From Camelus ferus (Eukaryota), in contig NC_045697.1 of assembly GCF_009834535.1 (NCBI RefSeq), positions 85,438,001 through 85,502,000 on the forward strand: a DNA stretch of 64,000 nt. The letters are read 5' to 3'. A program made the translations under genes and the position numbers. How positions within the stretch are numbered: the stretch's first letter is position 1; every line of letters starts with the position of its first letter. Of this stretch, positions 1 through 12,376 are shown piece after piece. The notes under the pieces were generated by a model. The model searched no databases. It worked only from the letters and a program-made list of their open reading frames with translations, and was not told the DNA's origin.

Positions 1-1889
1 AAAGTGAGTGTCTCCAAAACAGAAGTGTGCCCTGCGGAGTGTGGAGAGGAGTGGATGATGAGGCAGAGAGGAGACAAGTACCATGAAAACTCTAACACTG
101 ATGAATCCTAGTATTATAAAAGAAGTCTGAGCAAATGCCATAAGGGTTTAAAGGAAGGAAGAAGGAAGCAATCTTAGTCATCTTCAGGTGAGTTAGACAT
201 GGCTTCATTCATGAGAGAGCCAGAGTGAAATAGGCACTGAAGACTTACAAGGAGACGAAGTATGGAGTAGACTTGGAGTCATGAATGGGAGGAAAGCAAA
301 ACATGGCAGATGGAATACATGGATGCTTGAATGACTGGCCAGTGTCTACAACATAAAGTATGTTAATAAAAAAATGTTGTTGCCTTCCCTAGGTCAGGTC
401 TCTTAAGTTGCAGGAGCACTAGCCAATTTGCTGGTGACCAAAGCCCCTCAGGGGAAAATAGTATAAAAACAAACACATAAACAAATTTTAAATTGTTGAA
501 TGAATGGATGTAAAGTGACAAAGAAGGGAAAAAAAAGCACAAGAACCCCTCCCCTGCCCCCAGTTTTCTACCATTTTGGCTGAGTTCCAAGTTACATTGT
601 TATCTTATTGTAGTAATTATTCAGTGCTTGATTGTGGCTAAAAAAAAAAAGAAAAAAAAATCAACATGATTAAAACATGTAAGAATGCTAAAGTAACGCT
701 TTGCCATGTCAACTGGCTCTCTTCAAGTCCAAGGAGAATGGCAGAATCCAAAACTCTGGCTGCCAAATATCCACTTCCCTCAGCTTGGAGTAGTTTTCCA
801 ACTCTGTTCCCTGGATATTTTGAACATTTGTAAGGGCTTCAGGGGTTCCACAAACAATGAAGATTTAAATTTCCTGAAAATCTCATTCATTGATTTTTAC
901 CTGTTTTTTTAATATTGTGATTCCAGATAAGAGTTCACTAAAAAAAATTTTTTTACAACAGTAGCTAGAAAACATGCCATTGAAATGCTTTCTCAATATT
1001 GCAGGAAGACTTAGAACTTCTAAGCCATGCTGAGGGTGTTCACACAAGCTGCAAATGAAAGGAGGTGAGGGTGGTCAGGGACAGTGAAGTGCAATGGAAA
1101 GAGCACTGGGCAGGAAGGTGTGACACATGGGTTCTTCTGTGATCCTACTAACAAGACGGGGGTTTTGCCTGGATATGGCGGGGTGACCTGCACAATTAAA
1201 CCTGACCTCTCGGGACTCATTTTTCTCATCTGTGTGATGCGGGAATTGAAAAAGGTGATCCTTGCTTGTCTAGCTATTGCCAGTTAGGTACTGAACACTT
1301 TCTAGGATTTAATCACACTGCTGTTTACTTATTTCTTCCATGCAGCTAGCCATTTTGGACAGTTAAAAATGTTACCTTTTATGTGAATCTCATAAACTGA
1401 GCTGAAGAATTCATTTCCATTTGTAAATGACTAGACTTTTCCAGCATAAAGAAAAGTGATTTCTCTGGCAGTTTAGTATAATCTATGATAAATTACTTCT
1501 TCAATTTAAATATTATAATGTGTAAATTCATACACAGATTGGGTTTAAAATCATGAATGTATAGAATTTCTCTTAGCCAATTCATTTATTTGGATCTTCT
1601 TAGAGTTCAGTGTTGATTACCCCAGGGTGACCCAAGTGTTATGATGTGGCAATCTGTGTCCATCTATGGACATATGAAAATATAATTTGTTAGAATTGCC
1701 CTCCTATTTCATGATATGGCTTATGTGTATGACCATGTAATTGACTTGCTTAGATGAAACCATTATCTTACAGTTAGTCACATGGCAAAAAACCAAAACA
1801 AAACTATCTAACCAAGACCGGCAGCCCTTTTCTCCCCATTGTGGTAGTTTTGATGGCTTTTTAAAAGCCATCACATACTATATACATTT

Positions 1890-3700
1890 TCGAGCACCTA
1901 TGATCTCTTCAATACACATTGATCACTGCTAGGTACCAAGTGTTGCATAGCCATGGTATGCACCATTAGGTTATGGCTGTGCACAGAATAGACACAGTCC
2001 CAATTCATGAGCATGCAGGTAGGTCAACAGGCAAGAACAATTATGTATGACCTACAAAGTGTAAGATGCCACTAGAGGTACTAGGACAAATACCTGACAA
2101 ACACCAGACCCAGGTGCAGTAAGTTAGTGGAAATTTTCTGCAGGGAGGGGCTACTGAGAGACTTGGTACGTGAGAAGGAGCCAGCCTTGCAAAGGGGTTG
2201 AGAGGTGGGTATAAGGGTGATCTAGACATTGGGAGAAGCAGGTGAGTAGGGCCCAAGGTGAGAGAGCACAGCCTGTTGAGGGAACTCAGAGATGTTAGGA
2301 GAGCTGGAATGTTGAGTTTGAAGTGGGTGTGACCACAGATGAGGCCAGAGAAATCAGCAACAACCAGGTTATGCACACAGTCTTGTAAACTATCTTAAGG
2401 AAGTTGGACTTTGTCCTACAAATCACTAGTGTGATTGAAGTGTTTGACTGGGGGATGATTTGTATTTGTCAAGTTTACTCAGCTGTCAGTGTGGAAAAAT
2501 GAGTTACCAGAAACCAGGACTGGAGGAAGGGTGATGAGTCAGAAGGCATGGCAGAAATCCAGGTTAGAATTTATGGTGGTCTTACCCAGGGTAATGGGAG
2601 AGAGATTGGAGAACAGGGACCATATGCAAAAAACTTTGATGTTAGAATGAGCAGAGTTCAGTGTTTAGTGGAATATATAGAATATAAGAGAAGGACAATT
2701 CAGGGAAGATACTCCGGTTTCTGACTGGGAAACTTGATTTAAAGAACCACCTTTCAATGCGATGAGAAACAAAACATAAGCAACAGATTTGGGTTAAAGG
2801 AGAAAATATGATGAGTTTTTCTTGGGACGTGCTGCACTTTGGGTGTGTATGGACCATCCAAACAGAAGAGTCTAGCAGGCTTTATGGAGGTAAAATATTC
2901 AGAAGAGGCGTCTAGGCTGGAGATAAAACAAAGATACAAAACCAGTCTAATGGCATCTGAAACTGTGGATTAGGCGACTGTTCAGGGAAAGTGTGTAGAC
3001 TCGGAACAGAAAAAAGCCAAGGACAGAACACTGACCAAAGTCCACATTTTAAGAGATGGGTTGAGACTCAGGAAGAAATCCAGGAGCATAAAATGTCACA
3101 GAAGTTTAAGGGAAGAGAGCACTTGAAAGAGGGAAGAATGGTCAATAGTGTTAGGTGACATAGAGAGGCCAAAAAAAAAACTTTTAAGAAGTACCCATTG
3201 GATTCAGCAACCAGAAGATCATTGGTGTCTCTTGTGATAACAGCTTCGTTTGAGTGATGAGGATAGAAGCCAGATCATACAGGGCTCAGAAATGAGTGAG
3301 TGCTGTGGACGTGGTGACAGCATGTGTAGGAAATGCTTTCAAGAAGTTTAGCTGTTAAGGGAGAGGAGAGATAGCATGCTAGTTGCAACGGTGTATCAGT
3401 TTGTAAAGAAAGTTTTAGAAGAGACTTGTGCGTGATTTTTTGCTGATGGGAAGAATCCAATAAAGAAGGAAAAGAGAATAACCAGCGGCAGGAGATCCCT
3501 AAGGAGGTGGGAAGGAGGATATAAGACACAGTGCGAGGCTTTAGCCTTTACCAGGAAGAGGCAATCCCCCAAGTATCAGGAGGATGGAGTGATGATGGTC
3601 CAGATGGTCCCAGGTTGGTAATGGGAGATACTGTGATGAGAGCTTTCAAGATGCAAAGATGAATATGCCAGGATCCCAGTCCTCTCTCAATTTGGAAGAG
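1890..3700 (-). mobile_element. Degenerate LINE-2 fragment(s)
   Basis: Purine-rich L2-like text (aggagccagccttgcaaag, ttggactttgtcct, ggattcagcaaccagaagatcattggtg). Boundaries approximate. Confidence 0.65.
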
Positions 3701-4184
3701 GGAGATAAAACATATGCTAATAATTCTGTTATTAAGTAGAAAGTGATGGATGACGTGAGAGACTTAGAAATCCAAGGACAAAAATGGTAGCTTACTGAAT
3801 GAAAAGGTGGTTTCTGATTTGGGGTGGAGTAGAATCTCATAAAAGAGGTAAAATCTGAAATAGTTCTTGAAGTATTGAGGAACTCAGAGGTGTAGGGCAT
3901 TGGAGTCAATGGCTCACACTCTCTTGCATTTACTAGTGAAGTAATGTGAGGAGGCTGACTTTAGTGCCACCTTTGTCATTTATGCCAAACATCAATGGTG
4001 TGAAGTCATTTATATAACAAACCATCCCACAATCTCACAGTAAATTAATTTAGTTGTCTAGCGTTAGGACTGGAAAATGAGTTTCTAGATATTTCAAAGT
4101 ATGAAGATTTGATAAGTAAAATTTATAGCGTGTGAACTACTTTTGTATTTGTACATATAACATTAAATCCATGCCTAATGTTTG

Positions 4185-6098
4185 TTATCCCTAGGATATA
4201 AGAATGGTTCAACATACACAAATCAATACATCACATTAATAGAAAGAAAGATAAGGATCATATGACCATTTCAATAGGTGCAGAAAAAGCATTTGACAAA
4301 ATTCAACATCCATTCATGATAAAAACTCTAAACAAATTAGGCATAGGAGGAACATATCTCAACATAATAAAGGCCACATATGACAAGCCTGCAGCTAACA
4401 TCATACTTATATTTACGGTTGAAAGCTTTTCCTCTAAGATCAGGAGCAAAAAAAGAGTGCCAACATTTTGCTCCTCCTATTCAACATAGTACAGGAGGTC
4501 CTAGCTAGAGCAATCTTGCCAGAAAAAAGAAATAAAAGATATCATAATTGGAAAGTAAGAAGTAAATTGTCTTTATTTGCAGATGACATGATTTTATATA
4601 TAGAAAATCCTAAAGACTTAATCAAGAAACTGTTAGATCTAGTCAATTAATTCAATAAAGTTGCAGGATACAAACTTAACACATGAAATCAGTAGCATTT
4701 CTGTACACTAACAACGAACTTTCAGGAAAAAAAACCCCATCCCATTTAGAATAGCATCAAAAACAACCAAATATTTAGGCATAAATTTACCTAAGGAGGT
4801 GAAAGATCTATATTCTGAGAACTACAAGACATTGATAAAAGAAAGCAAAGAAGATATAAATAAATAGAAAATTAACTTGCTCAGGGACTGGAAGAATTAA
4901 TATTGTTAAAATGTCAATACTACCAAAAGCCATCTATACATTCAATACAAGACCTATCAGGATTTCAATGGCATTTTTACAGAAGTAGGAACAATACTTC
5001 TAAAATTTATATGAAACCAGAAAAGACCCTGAATAGCCCAAGAAATCATAAGAAAGAGGAACAAAGCAGAAGGAATTCCACTTTCTGATTTTAAGCTATT
5101 CTATGAAGCTTTAGCCATGAAAACAGCATAATACTGGCAAAACAAACCAAAACAATCCCCCCAAACCAAAAATAAAACCAGACAAATAGATTAATGGAAC
5201 AAAATCAAGAACCCAGAAATAAACCCAAGCATATATGACCAATATTTGACAAGGGAGCCAAGAATACTCAATGGAGAAAGGACAGTCTCTTTAATAAACA
5301 ATGCTGGGACAACTGGACATTCACATGTAAAACACTGGAAAACAGTATGGAGGATCCTTGCAAAATTAAAAACAGAAATACCATATGATCCAGCAATTCC
5401 ACTTCTGGGAATACATCCAAAAGAAACAAAAACACTAACCTGAAAAAATACCAGTACCCTGGTGTTCATAGCAGCATATTTACAATAGCCACAACATGGA
5501 AACAACCTAAGTGTTTATTGATGAATGAATGGATAAAGAAGTTTTTACATATATACAAAATGGAATATTATTCAGCCATTAAAATACAAGGAACATTTGT
5601 GACAACATGGATGGACCTTGTAGGCATTATGCTAAGTGAAATTAGTCAGACAAAGACAAATACTGTTTAATCTCACTTCTCTGTGGAATATATGTATTTT
5701 TAAAACTCATAGAAAAAGAGGTCAGATTTGTGCTTACCTAGGTGGAGGGTGGGAGGGAGGAGAAATTGGAGGAATGGGATCAAAAGGTACAAATTTCCAG
5801 TTATGAGATAAATAAATGCTTGGGATGTAATGTGCAACATGATGGTGAGACCTAACACTGATACATGATATATAGGCAAGTTGGTGAGAAAATACAGATT
5901 GTTCATCACAAGGAGACTTTTTTTCCTTTCTTTTCTTCTTTCTTTTCAGTTTACTGTATCTATACGAGAAGATGGATGTTAGCTGAACCTATAATGGTAA
6001 TCATTTCACAATACATGTAAATCAAACCATCTTGCTGTATGCCTTAAACTTATACAGTAATATGTGTCACTTATTTCTCAATATATTGAGGAAAAAAA
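4185..6098 (+). mobile_element. 5'-truncated LINE-1 (decayed ORF2 plus 3' UTR)
   Basis: ORF track gives L1 ORF2 peptides [27 protein letters not shown] and [11 protein letters not shown], broken by frameshifts. Ends in an A-rich tail. Confidence 0.95.
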
Positions 6099-6324
6099 CC
6101 AATATTTGAATCTTTATTTTGACAAATGATTTAATGGAAGACCATAAAATTGCTGTTAGTTTTTGAGAACCTTAATCTATTTGCTAAATTTTATTAAGTA
6201 CATTATGTAAGGAAGAACTTTTACTCTTGAAGCTTTAAAAATTATTTTTTAGTTGTGAGGGCTTTGGAGAAGAACTTTAAGAAAGTACTAATACTATTTC
6301 AATTTAATTTTAAAAAATCCTCTT

Positions 6325-6420
6325 GGGGTCACCTGTGTGGTGGTGAATCACTCTGTAGTATATATAGATGTTGAATTATGATCCTGTACACCTGAAACTT
6401 ATATAAAAATGATAAAAAAA
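6325..6420 (+). mobile_element. Short L1 3'-end fragment
   Basis: tgtacacctgaaacttatata followed by an A-rich tail. Confidence 0.55.
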
Positions 6421-8989
6421 TTCCCCTCAGCTTTCACAGAGGCAAGAAGAATCATAGTATTTCCAGTGATATCATGGTGGCTCAGACCTGCTTTATGAAA
6501 CATGTACTCTTTGATATCTGCAATCACTACCTCAAAGAGCTTGCTGAGAAGTTGCTAGATTTCTCTTCATCCATTGTTGAAAGTGACTTGGGGGATGACA
6601 GGTAGAGGAAGCTTATTAGGCTGAAGGCCGGAAGCCTCCTACTAAAATGCTTGCATGTTGCATCATAACTTTGCTTCCTCAGAATTGTGCTTCCTACAGG
6701 TAATAAGTTAATAGTTAATTCCAAAGCCATGTTTACTTATAAAACATAATATGCCATAAAACATTAAGTAAATGCTTTTAAAATATTAGTGATTATCATT
6801 ATAGTAAGAAAATGAAAAAAACTGCTTTAGAAGCTTAAGTATACTGAACTAAGGGTAAATCATGACTAATTTCAGTTAATAAAGAAAATTTTTATTGTCA
6901 CGTCAGCAACGGCAAACAGGAATGGAATGTAATTTGTAACTTTAGTATGCCATTTGCATTAGCAAATAGTAAAATATGCAGCTTAAATATAGTTCTGTAA
7001 ACGGGGCAAGGATGTGTGAACACACAACCTTATTGTTTCTTTGAGATCTTGAGAGACATACGTATGTTTGTCTTTTATACGTTTAATCTTTGTGTGTGTG
7101 TTTCCACACTTGAGGTTTTATTATCTTTTTAAGTGCTTTAGTTTTAGGGTTTTTATTTAAATCTCTTTGAATTCTATTTTCCATTTCTGACTCATTAAGC
7201 AAGTTCCCTCTGATTTTAAGACACATTTTACAACTAAGATATTTTCATTTGTTGTCATTAAACCTGTGAAATATATCGGAGGAAAAAATTTTAAAAAGAG
7301 AACTCTGCATTGCTATAGCTTAGCGAAATAATGTGTTAGAGATGTAAAGATTTTCAGAAAATAAAAAATATGTCTTCAAATGGCATGTGTTTTTAAATGG
7401 TAATGCTATGTATGTAAAAGGAAAAGAGTTATTTTTTAAAAAGAAAGAAAGAAAAGGCATTATCTACCTGTTTTTATGAGGTAACTTTCAGTGGGAAAAT
7501 CTTTAGAAGTGGGTCTCTTCTATGGCATTACCCGTGTTCTTTTGAAACAATAGTTCCATCTAGTGGACATTTACTTAAAAACAAACCTTTAACTCCAAAA
7601 GTTGGTGAAAGTTTTTCTCTTTAATGAGATCAGCATTAAAGGCAAATAACAAGGATAATAGCAGAGATAATTTGTTTAAAATATTAAATTCACAAGTAGC
7701 AAGGCAGAAACCAAATAATTAAGCTGGAAAACAAACAAAAATATCTACCTGCAAGCAGAACACTTTCTTATGTTTAGGAACACACTAGAAATTTGTTAAA
7801 AATTCAGCTAATTTAATCAATGTGGAGGACCAAAGTAGGTAACACTGACTGTGATGAGAAAGAAACAATAATTTGATTTTTAAAAAAAATCTGGTATCAA
7901 TGTTTCCAAAAATAGAGAGTAATAGAAATCATCCATTTGTTTGTTTCAGCAACAATATTTCTTGGACTTCAACTTCAAATATATGCTGGTCACTTCCTAG
8001 CATCTGTGATACTGACAATGGCTTTAGACATATAGCAAAGAGAGCTTCCTGTCAGTATCAGTGGCCATCTACAGTGAACTTGGAAATTTGAAGACTTGAC
8101 CTCTGATAATGGTTCTAATTTGCAACACAAGAGCAAAATGGCCCACCTATTCAGAAGTTTCATTTATCTCTCTAAAAGCCGATTGAAGACCTACGGAGTA
8201 AACCTCTAAACATGTTACTTGATTCTGGTTTCACGGACTTGAAACCTAAATCTCGTAATGGATGTCACTATGTCAACTAGATCTGTAACTCATTTTATTT
8301 CAAAAGACCAAAATGGTTAATTGGATCATTATTTATTTTTGGTTTAGTTTAAAATTAAAATGATTAAGGTCTGAGTAAATCTTTTAGAATGTGCAGATTG
8401 TTTCCAGGTACAAGGGTCTTTGGATTGAGGCAGGACATTCTATTTCTCCCCTTATTCCCTTGTATTCCTTGACTATGAGTGGCTCAACCCAGAGCAGATA
8501 AACTCACTACAGGGCAGCCTTGGGGTGAGTAGAATCTCTGTGCTTCTTCTGCACACCCTGGGACCATACTGTTCCTGGATTTAGGCATATGAGCTAGGAT
8601 CCTCCCAGGGATTCTCATATATTTGCAGGAGGACAAAATGCCACTTTACAAATATAAAACTGTAGTTCAGTGGCCTGGCCCATGATTGTTTTCTGTCTGG
8701 ACCTTAAAAGTCAATCATCCATGCCCTTTCACTTGGATGGAAGGAGTCTTTGATACCATATAAACATTTTTTTAAATAGATGGGCCTCAAAGTAATTCAT
8801 TCACGAATGACCTTAAAATTCTAAAACTATATTCTCCTATGATATTTCTCCAAGTTTTAAACTAGACCAGAAGGTAAACTTGATCAAATAGAGAGTGGTT
8901 CGGTTAGATTCAAAGTGTAGGAGCTGGAGCATGTGGCCATTTGGAAGAAATACTCATGGTTACCAGTTGTCATTGTCTTACTTGTTGCC

Positions 8990-9190
8990 AAACATTAGAC
9001 TAGGTGCTTTATATATGCTGTCTCATAAATCCTCACCACAATCTGTGCAACAGAAATTATTCCATTGATCCATTTAACAGATGAAAAAACTAAGGCCCTA
9101 ATCAGTTAAATTGCTTGCCCAAGTTCTCATGGAAAATAGAAGGCAGAAATGACGTTTAATCTGACTCCAAAGCCTTAGCTCATTCTCCTT
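8990..9190 (-). mobile_element. MIR
   Basis: Core ttaacagatgaaaaaactaaggc...aaattgcttgcccaag. Confidence 0.7.
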
Positions 9191-9311
9191 TACCAGTAAA
9201 ACTAGTATTTTTAACCCTCAGATGGAATGCTTATATAGAAAGCAAATGAAACTTCATGGAAAGCAGTTTGAAACTATTGAATTACTCTAAACAGTGAAAG
9301 CTTTACTTACA

Positions 9312-9742
9312 CAATAGCATTATTCACAATAGCCAAAATGTGGAAACAATCCAAGTGTCTGTCAACAGGTAAATGGATGAATAAATGTAGCGTGTACATA
9401 CCATGGACTAGTATTCAGCCTTTAAAAGGGGTGAGGTTCTGACACATGCTACAGCAGGGTGAACTTTGAAAACATTAAGTGAAATAAGCCAGACACAAAA
9501 AGACAAGTATTTTGTGATTTCACCTCTATGAGGTACATAGGAAGAGTGACTTAATACATACTGAAAAAAAGAATAGAGGTTACCAGAGGCTGTGAGTTGG
9601 GGACAGATGGGAAGTTATTATTTAATGAGTACAGTTTGGGATGATGAAAAATTCTGGAAGCAGACAGTGATGGTTGTTATACAACATAGTGAATGTATTT
9701 AATGGTACTGAGTTGAACACTTAAGAATGGTTAAAATGGTAG
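9312..9742 (+). mobile_element. Old L1 (L1MB-like) 3' fragment
   Basis: gcattattcacaatagccaaaatgtggaaacaatccaagtgtc through ttaagaatggttaaaatggt. Confidence 0.85.
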
Positions 9743-9971
9743 CTTCCCCATCCAGAAAAGTCAGAAGACAGATCCTGAACTTTTCTGGGACTGAGCTGGG
9801 ATCCATGGATTCAGCTAAGTCTGGGTACAGATAATCAAATGAAAGAGGGCAGACTAATAGCGTATCCATCTACCCGAGAAAGTGCATTCATTTGCCTAAG
9901 ATCCTGATTAATGGCTGAACCTGCTCCCAGATCAACCCACATACAGGACACATGTTACTTTGCTTTCCCAT

Positions 9972-10178
9972 GTGTTCTGGGCTGAATTATGCCGCCCACC
10001 CCAATTCATGGGTCAAAGCCCTAATGCCCAGTACCTCAGAACATGACTGTATTTGAAGTTAAGACCTTTAAAGGGTGATTAGGTTAAAATGAGACCGTTA
10101 GAGTGGGCCCTAATCCAGTCTGACTGGTGTCCTTATAAGAGGGGGAAATTTGGACACACGAAGAGACACCAGGGAGGC
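9972..10178 (+). mobile_element. MLT1 (ERVL-MaLR) LTR 5' fragment
   Basis: gggctgaattatg...gggccctaatccagtctgactggtgtccttataagagggggaaatttggacac. Confidence 0.85.
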
Positions 10179-10710
10179 TACAAGTGTGAAAACAGCTGAA
10201 CATATGGAAATAGCACATTATCTCAGGCACAATAGGAAAGATCTTTTTGAGTATGCATTTTTGAATTGATTAGAATTTTATACAGAAAAAACTTCTAGCC
10301 CAGGGCTCTTTGGGGAGGTATCAATTCTCAGCCTGAAGACTGCTTTATTATTTGTCTGTTTTCTTAGTTGTGTCTTTCTCTTTTGCTTCCTTCCATGTGC
10401 TCTGAGTTCCCATCAGGGACCACACTCTTTGCTGAGGGGTTCAAAAGTGAATCTCAGTAAACACAGTTTCTACCCTCAAGGAGCCCCAGTTTAAGTCATG
10501 GAAAGAGCCAAGAAGGGCACTGACTTCCTGCAGTGAGTTGAATCCTGTCTCACAGGGATACAGAGTTCTGTGAGAACACAGACGGGGCATAGCCAGACGA
10601 GATGGAGGCGGGCAGGGACTGTCTTCAAGGGGAGGATGCTTGAGTTTAGTTTCGATGGAAAAGTTCATTTATTCATTTATTGACTGCCTATTGTGTATCA
10701 GGTATTCTTC

Positions 10711-10887
10711 TAGTGTTTCTGAACTTTAGCATGTGTCAGAATCACCGGGGGAGGGCTTGTTTAAACACAGATTGCTGCCTGCGGAGGTAGGACGTCTGCA
10801 GCAGGGTTAGAGAATGTGTGTTTCTAACACATTTCTAGGTGATGATGATGTGATATGGTCCAAGACTTGTGTTTAGAGAACCACTGC
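10711..10887. mobile_element. MER5-type hAT-Charlie MITE
   Basis: agtgtttctgaacttt...cagaatcacc...tttctaaca...gagaaccactg. Confidence 0.75.
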
Positions 10888-12199
10888 TTTAGAGCAGTAA
10901 GAAGTTGGGGCAAAGACAAGCAGCACCATGGGTCAGGTTGTGCAGTTTTAGCGTAAAACAAAGGCACCAGCTTGGGCTGTGGGGTAGCAGTTGACCTCGA
11001 AATCCAGCCCCTTCTCACTTGCTAAGCCCTGAGGGCTGTGTAAATGTAAGGGAAAGGCCACCTGTCTGTATTCGTCCACCCAGAAGGGTCCCTTTGTTAA
11101 ATGTCTGCCCTGCGGATGTGTCTGCTCAGAGGGACTACTTTTTTGTAACTTGCACAGAGGCACAGGGTAAACCAAAGACTGGAAGCGACACACAAAGCAG
11201 GGTGTGTGAGATAGAACCAGAGGATGCTCAGAGTGCCCAGAACAAAACAAGTGATGATGGGGATATGGCGCCATGCTGGCCAACCTGACTTCTGTCTGTG
11301 GTCTGCTGCACTCAACAACCTTGATCCTCTTCCACAGAGTCTATGCTAAAATGTTTCGCCCACCAGGGGACCATCCCCATCTCATCTTGTCTTGGATCCT
11401 CCCGTCACTGTGGACAGCTCTTCAGCTTACCTCTGTAAGGGCCAGGGAATGCTGTCAGATTTTAAATAGAGACCAGGAAAAGGCAAAGAGAAAGGACCGA
11501 AAGGACTGATTGAAGGATATTAATCAGATAATGGCTTGGGCAGAAGATGCTGAATGAACAGGGATGACCACACAGGACCAAAAAGACTGGTGAAAATGAC
11601 AGGAGGACCTGAGGGCTCAACATATGAACTTGGGGATTAATGGGAAGAGATTAAAGGAAATTACTGGCATGTCAAGTCAAGAAACAACAGCAGAAAAGAC
11701 GATTAGAGTGCCTGTATTTAGAGTTGACCTGAGAGGATTAAGAACATGTTGCTTGAGGAGAAAGCCTATTGGGAGAAGCCTAGAGTCCTTGGGCGAAACA
11801 ACATCCTGAATAAGAGATTGAGCTGAGTAAGGAAGAAAGGGAATAGCCTATAGACAGAGATTCTCATTTTCAAAATATTTAAAAGAGGCACACAGCCTGC
11901 CGGTTATTCGTGGGAGCCGTGCTTGCTGTGCAGATCTGAGGTGTCGCCGCTGCCTGCAGTTATTCAGCTGCTTCTTTTCCACCGGGCTCTTGGTTTCAGG
12001 GAATGTGATTAATGTGTTAAAATAGATTGGGGTGAGAACAAGAAATATTGAAATTTCAGCCTTTCTGTAGTAAAGGCAAAAGGCTTCAAAAAGATTATTT
12101 ATGGTCCTCTAGACAGTGCTTTGTTCAGACTTTCTGCAGCCCAGGAGAGACTCTTCTCTGTGTTGTCCAATTACCGTGCAGGTAAAATCGACTGTCCGC

Positions 12200-12376
12200 T
12201 AAGTATCTCCCCTAAAAAAGCTCAGCACACATCAGGGCCCTGGGAGGGATTGTTACAACACCCTCTGGAGGGTCTGATTCAACTTTTACGGTGTTGACCT
12301 GAGAATTTGCATTTCTAACAAGTTCCCGGCTGCTACTGATGCAGCTGCTGTGGGGGCCACACTTTGAGAACTACCA
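12200..12376. mobile_element. MER5-type hAT-Charlie MITE
   Basis: gagaatttgcatttctaacaagttccc...cacactttgagaac. Confidence 0.75.

Noticed and set aside
4262..5505. L1 ORF2-like peptides as a functional reverse transcriptase
   Set aside because: Fragmented by frameshifts, stops and an internal deletion; 5' truncated.
7949..8100. Plus-strand acceptor-like site and short ORF as a lncRNA or pseudogene exon
   Set aside because: No recognisable homology in the frames I translated and no partner exons identified.
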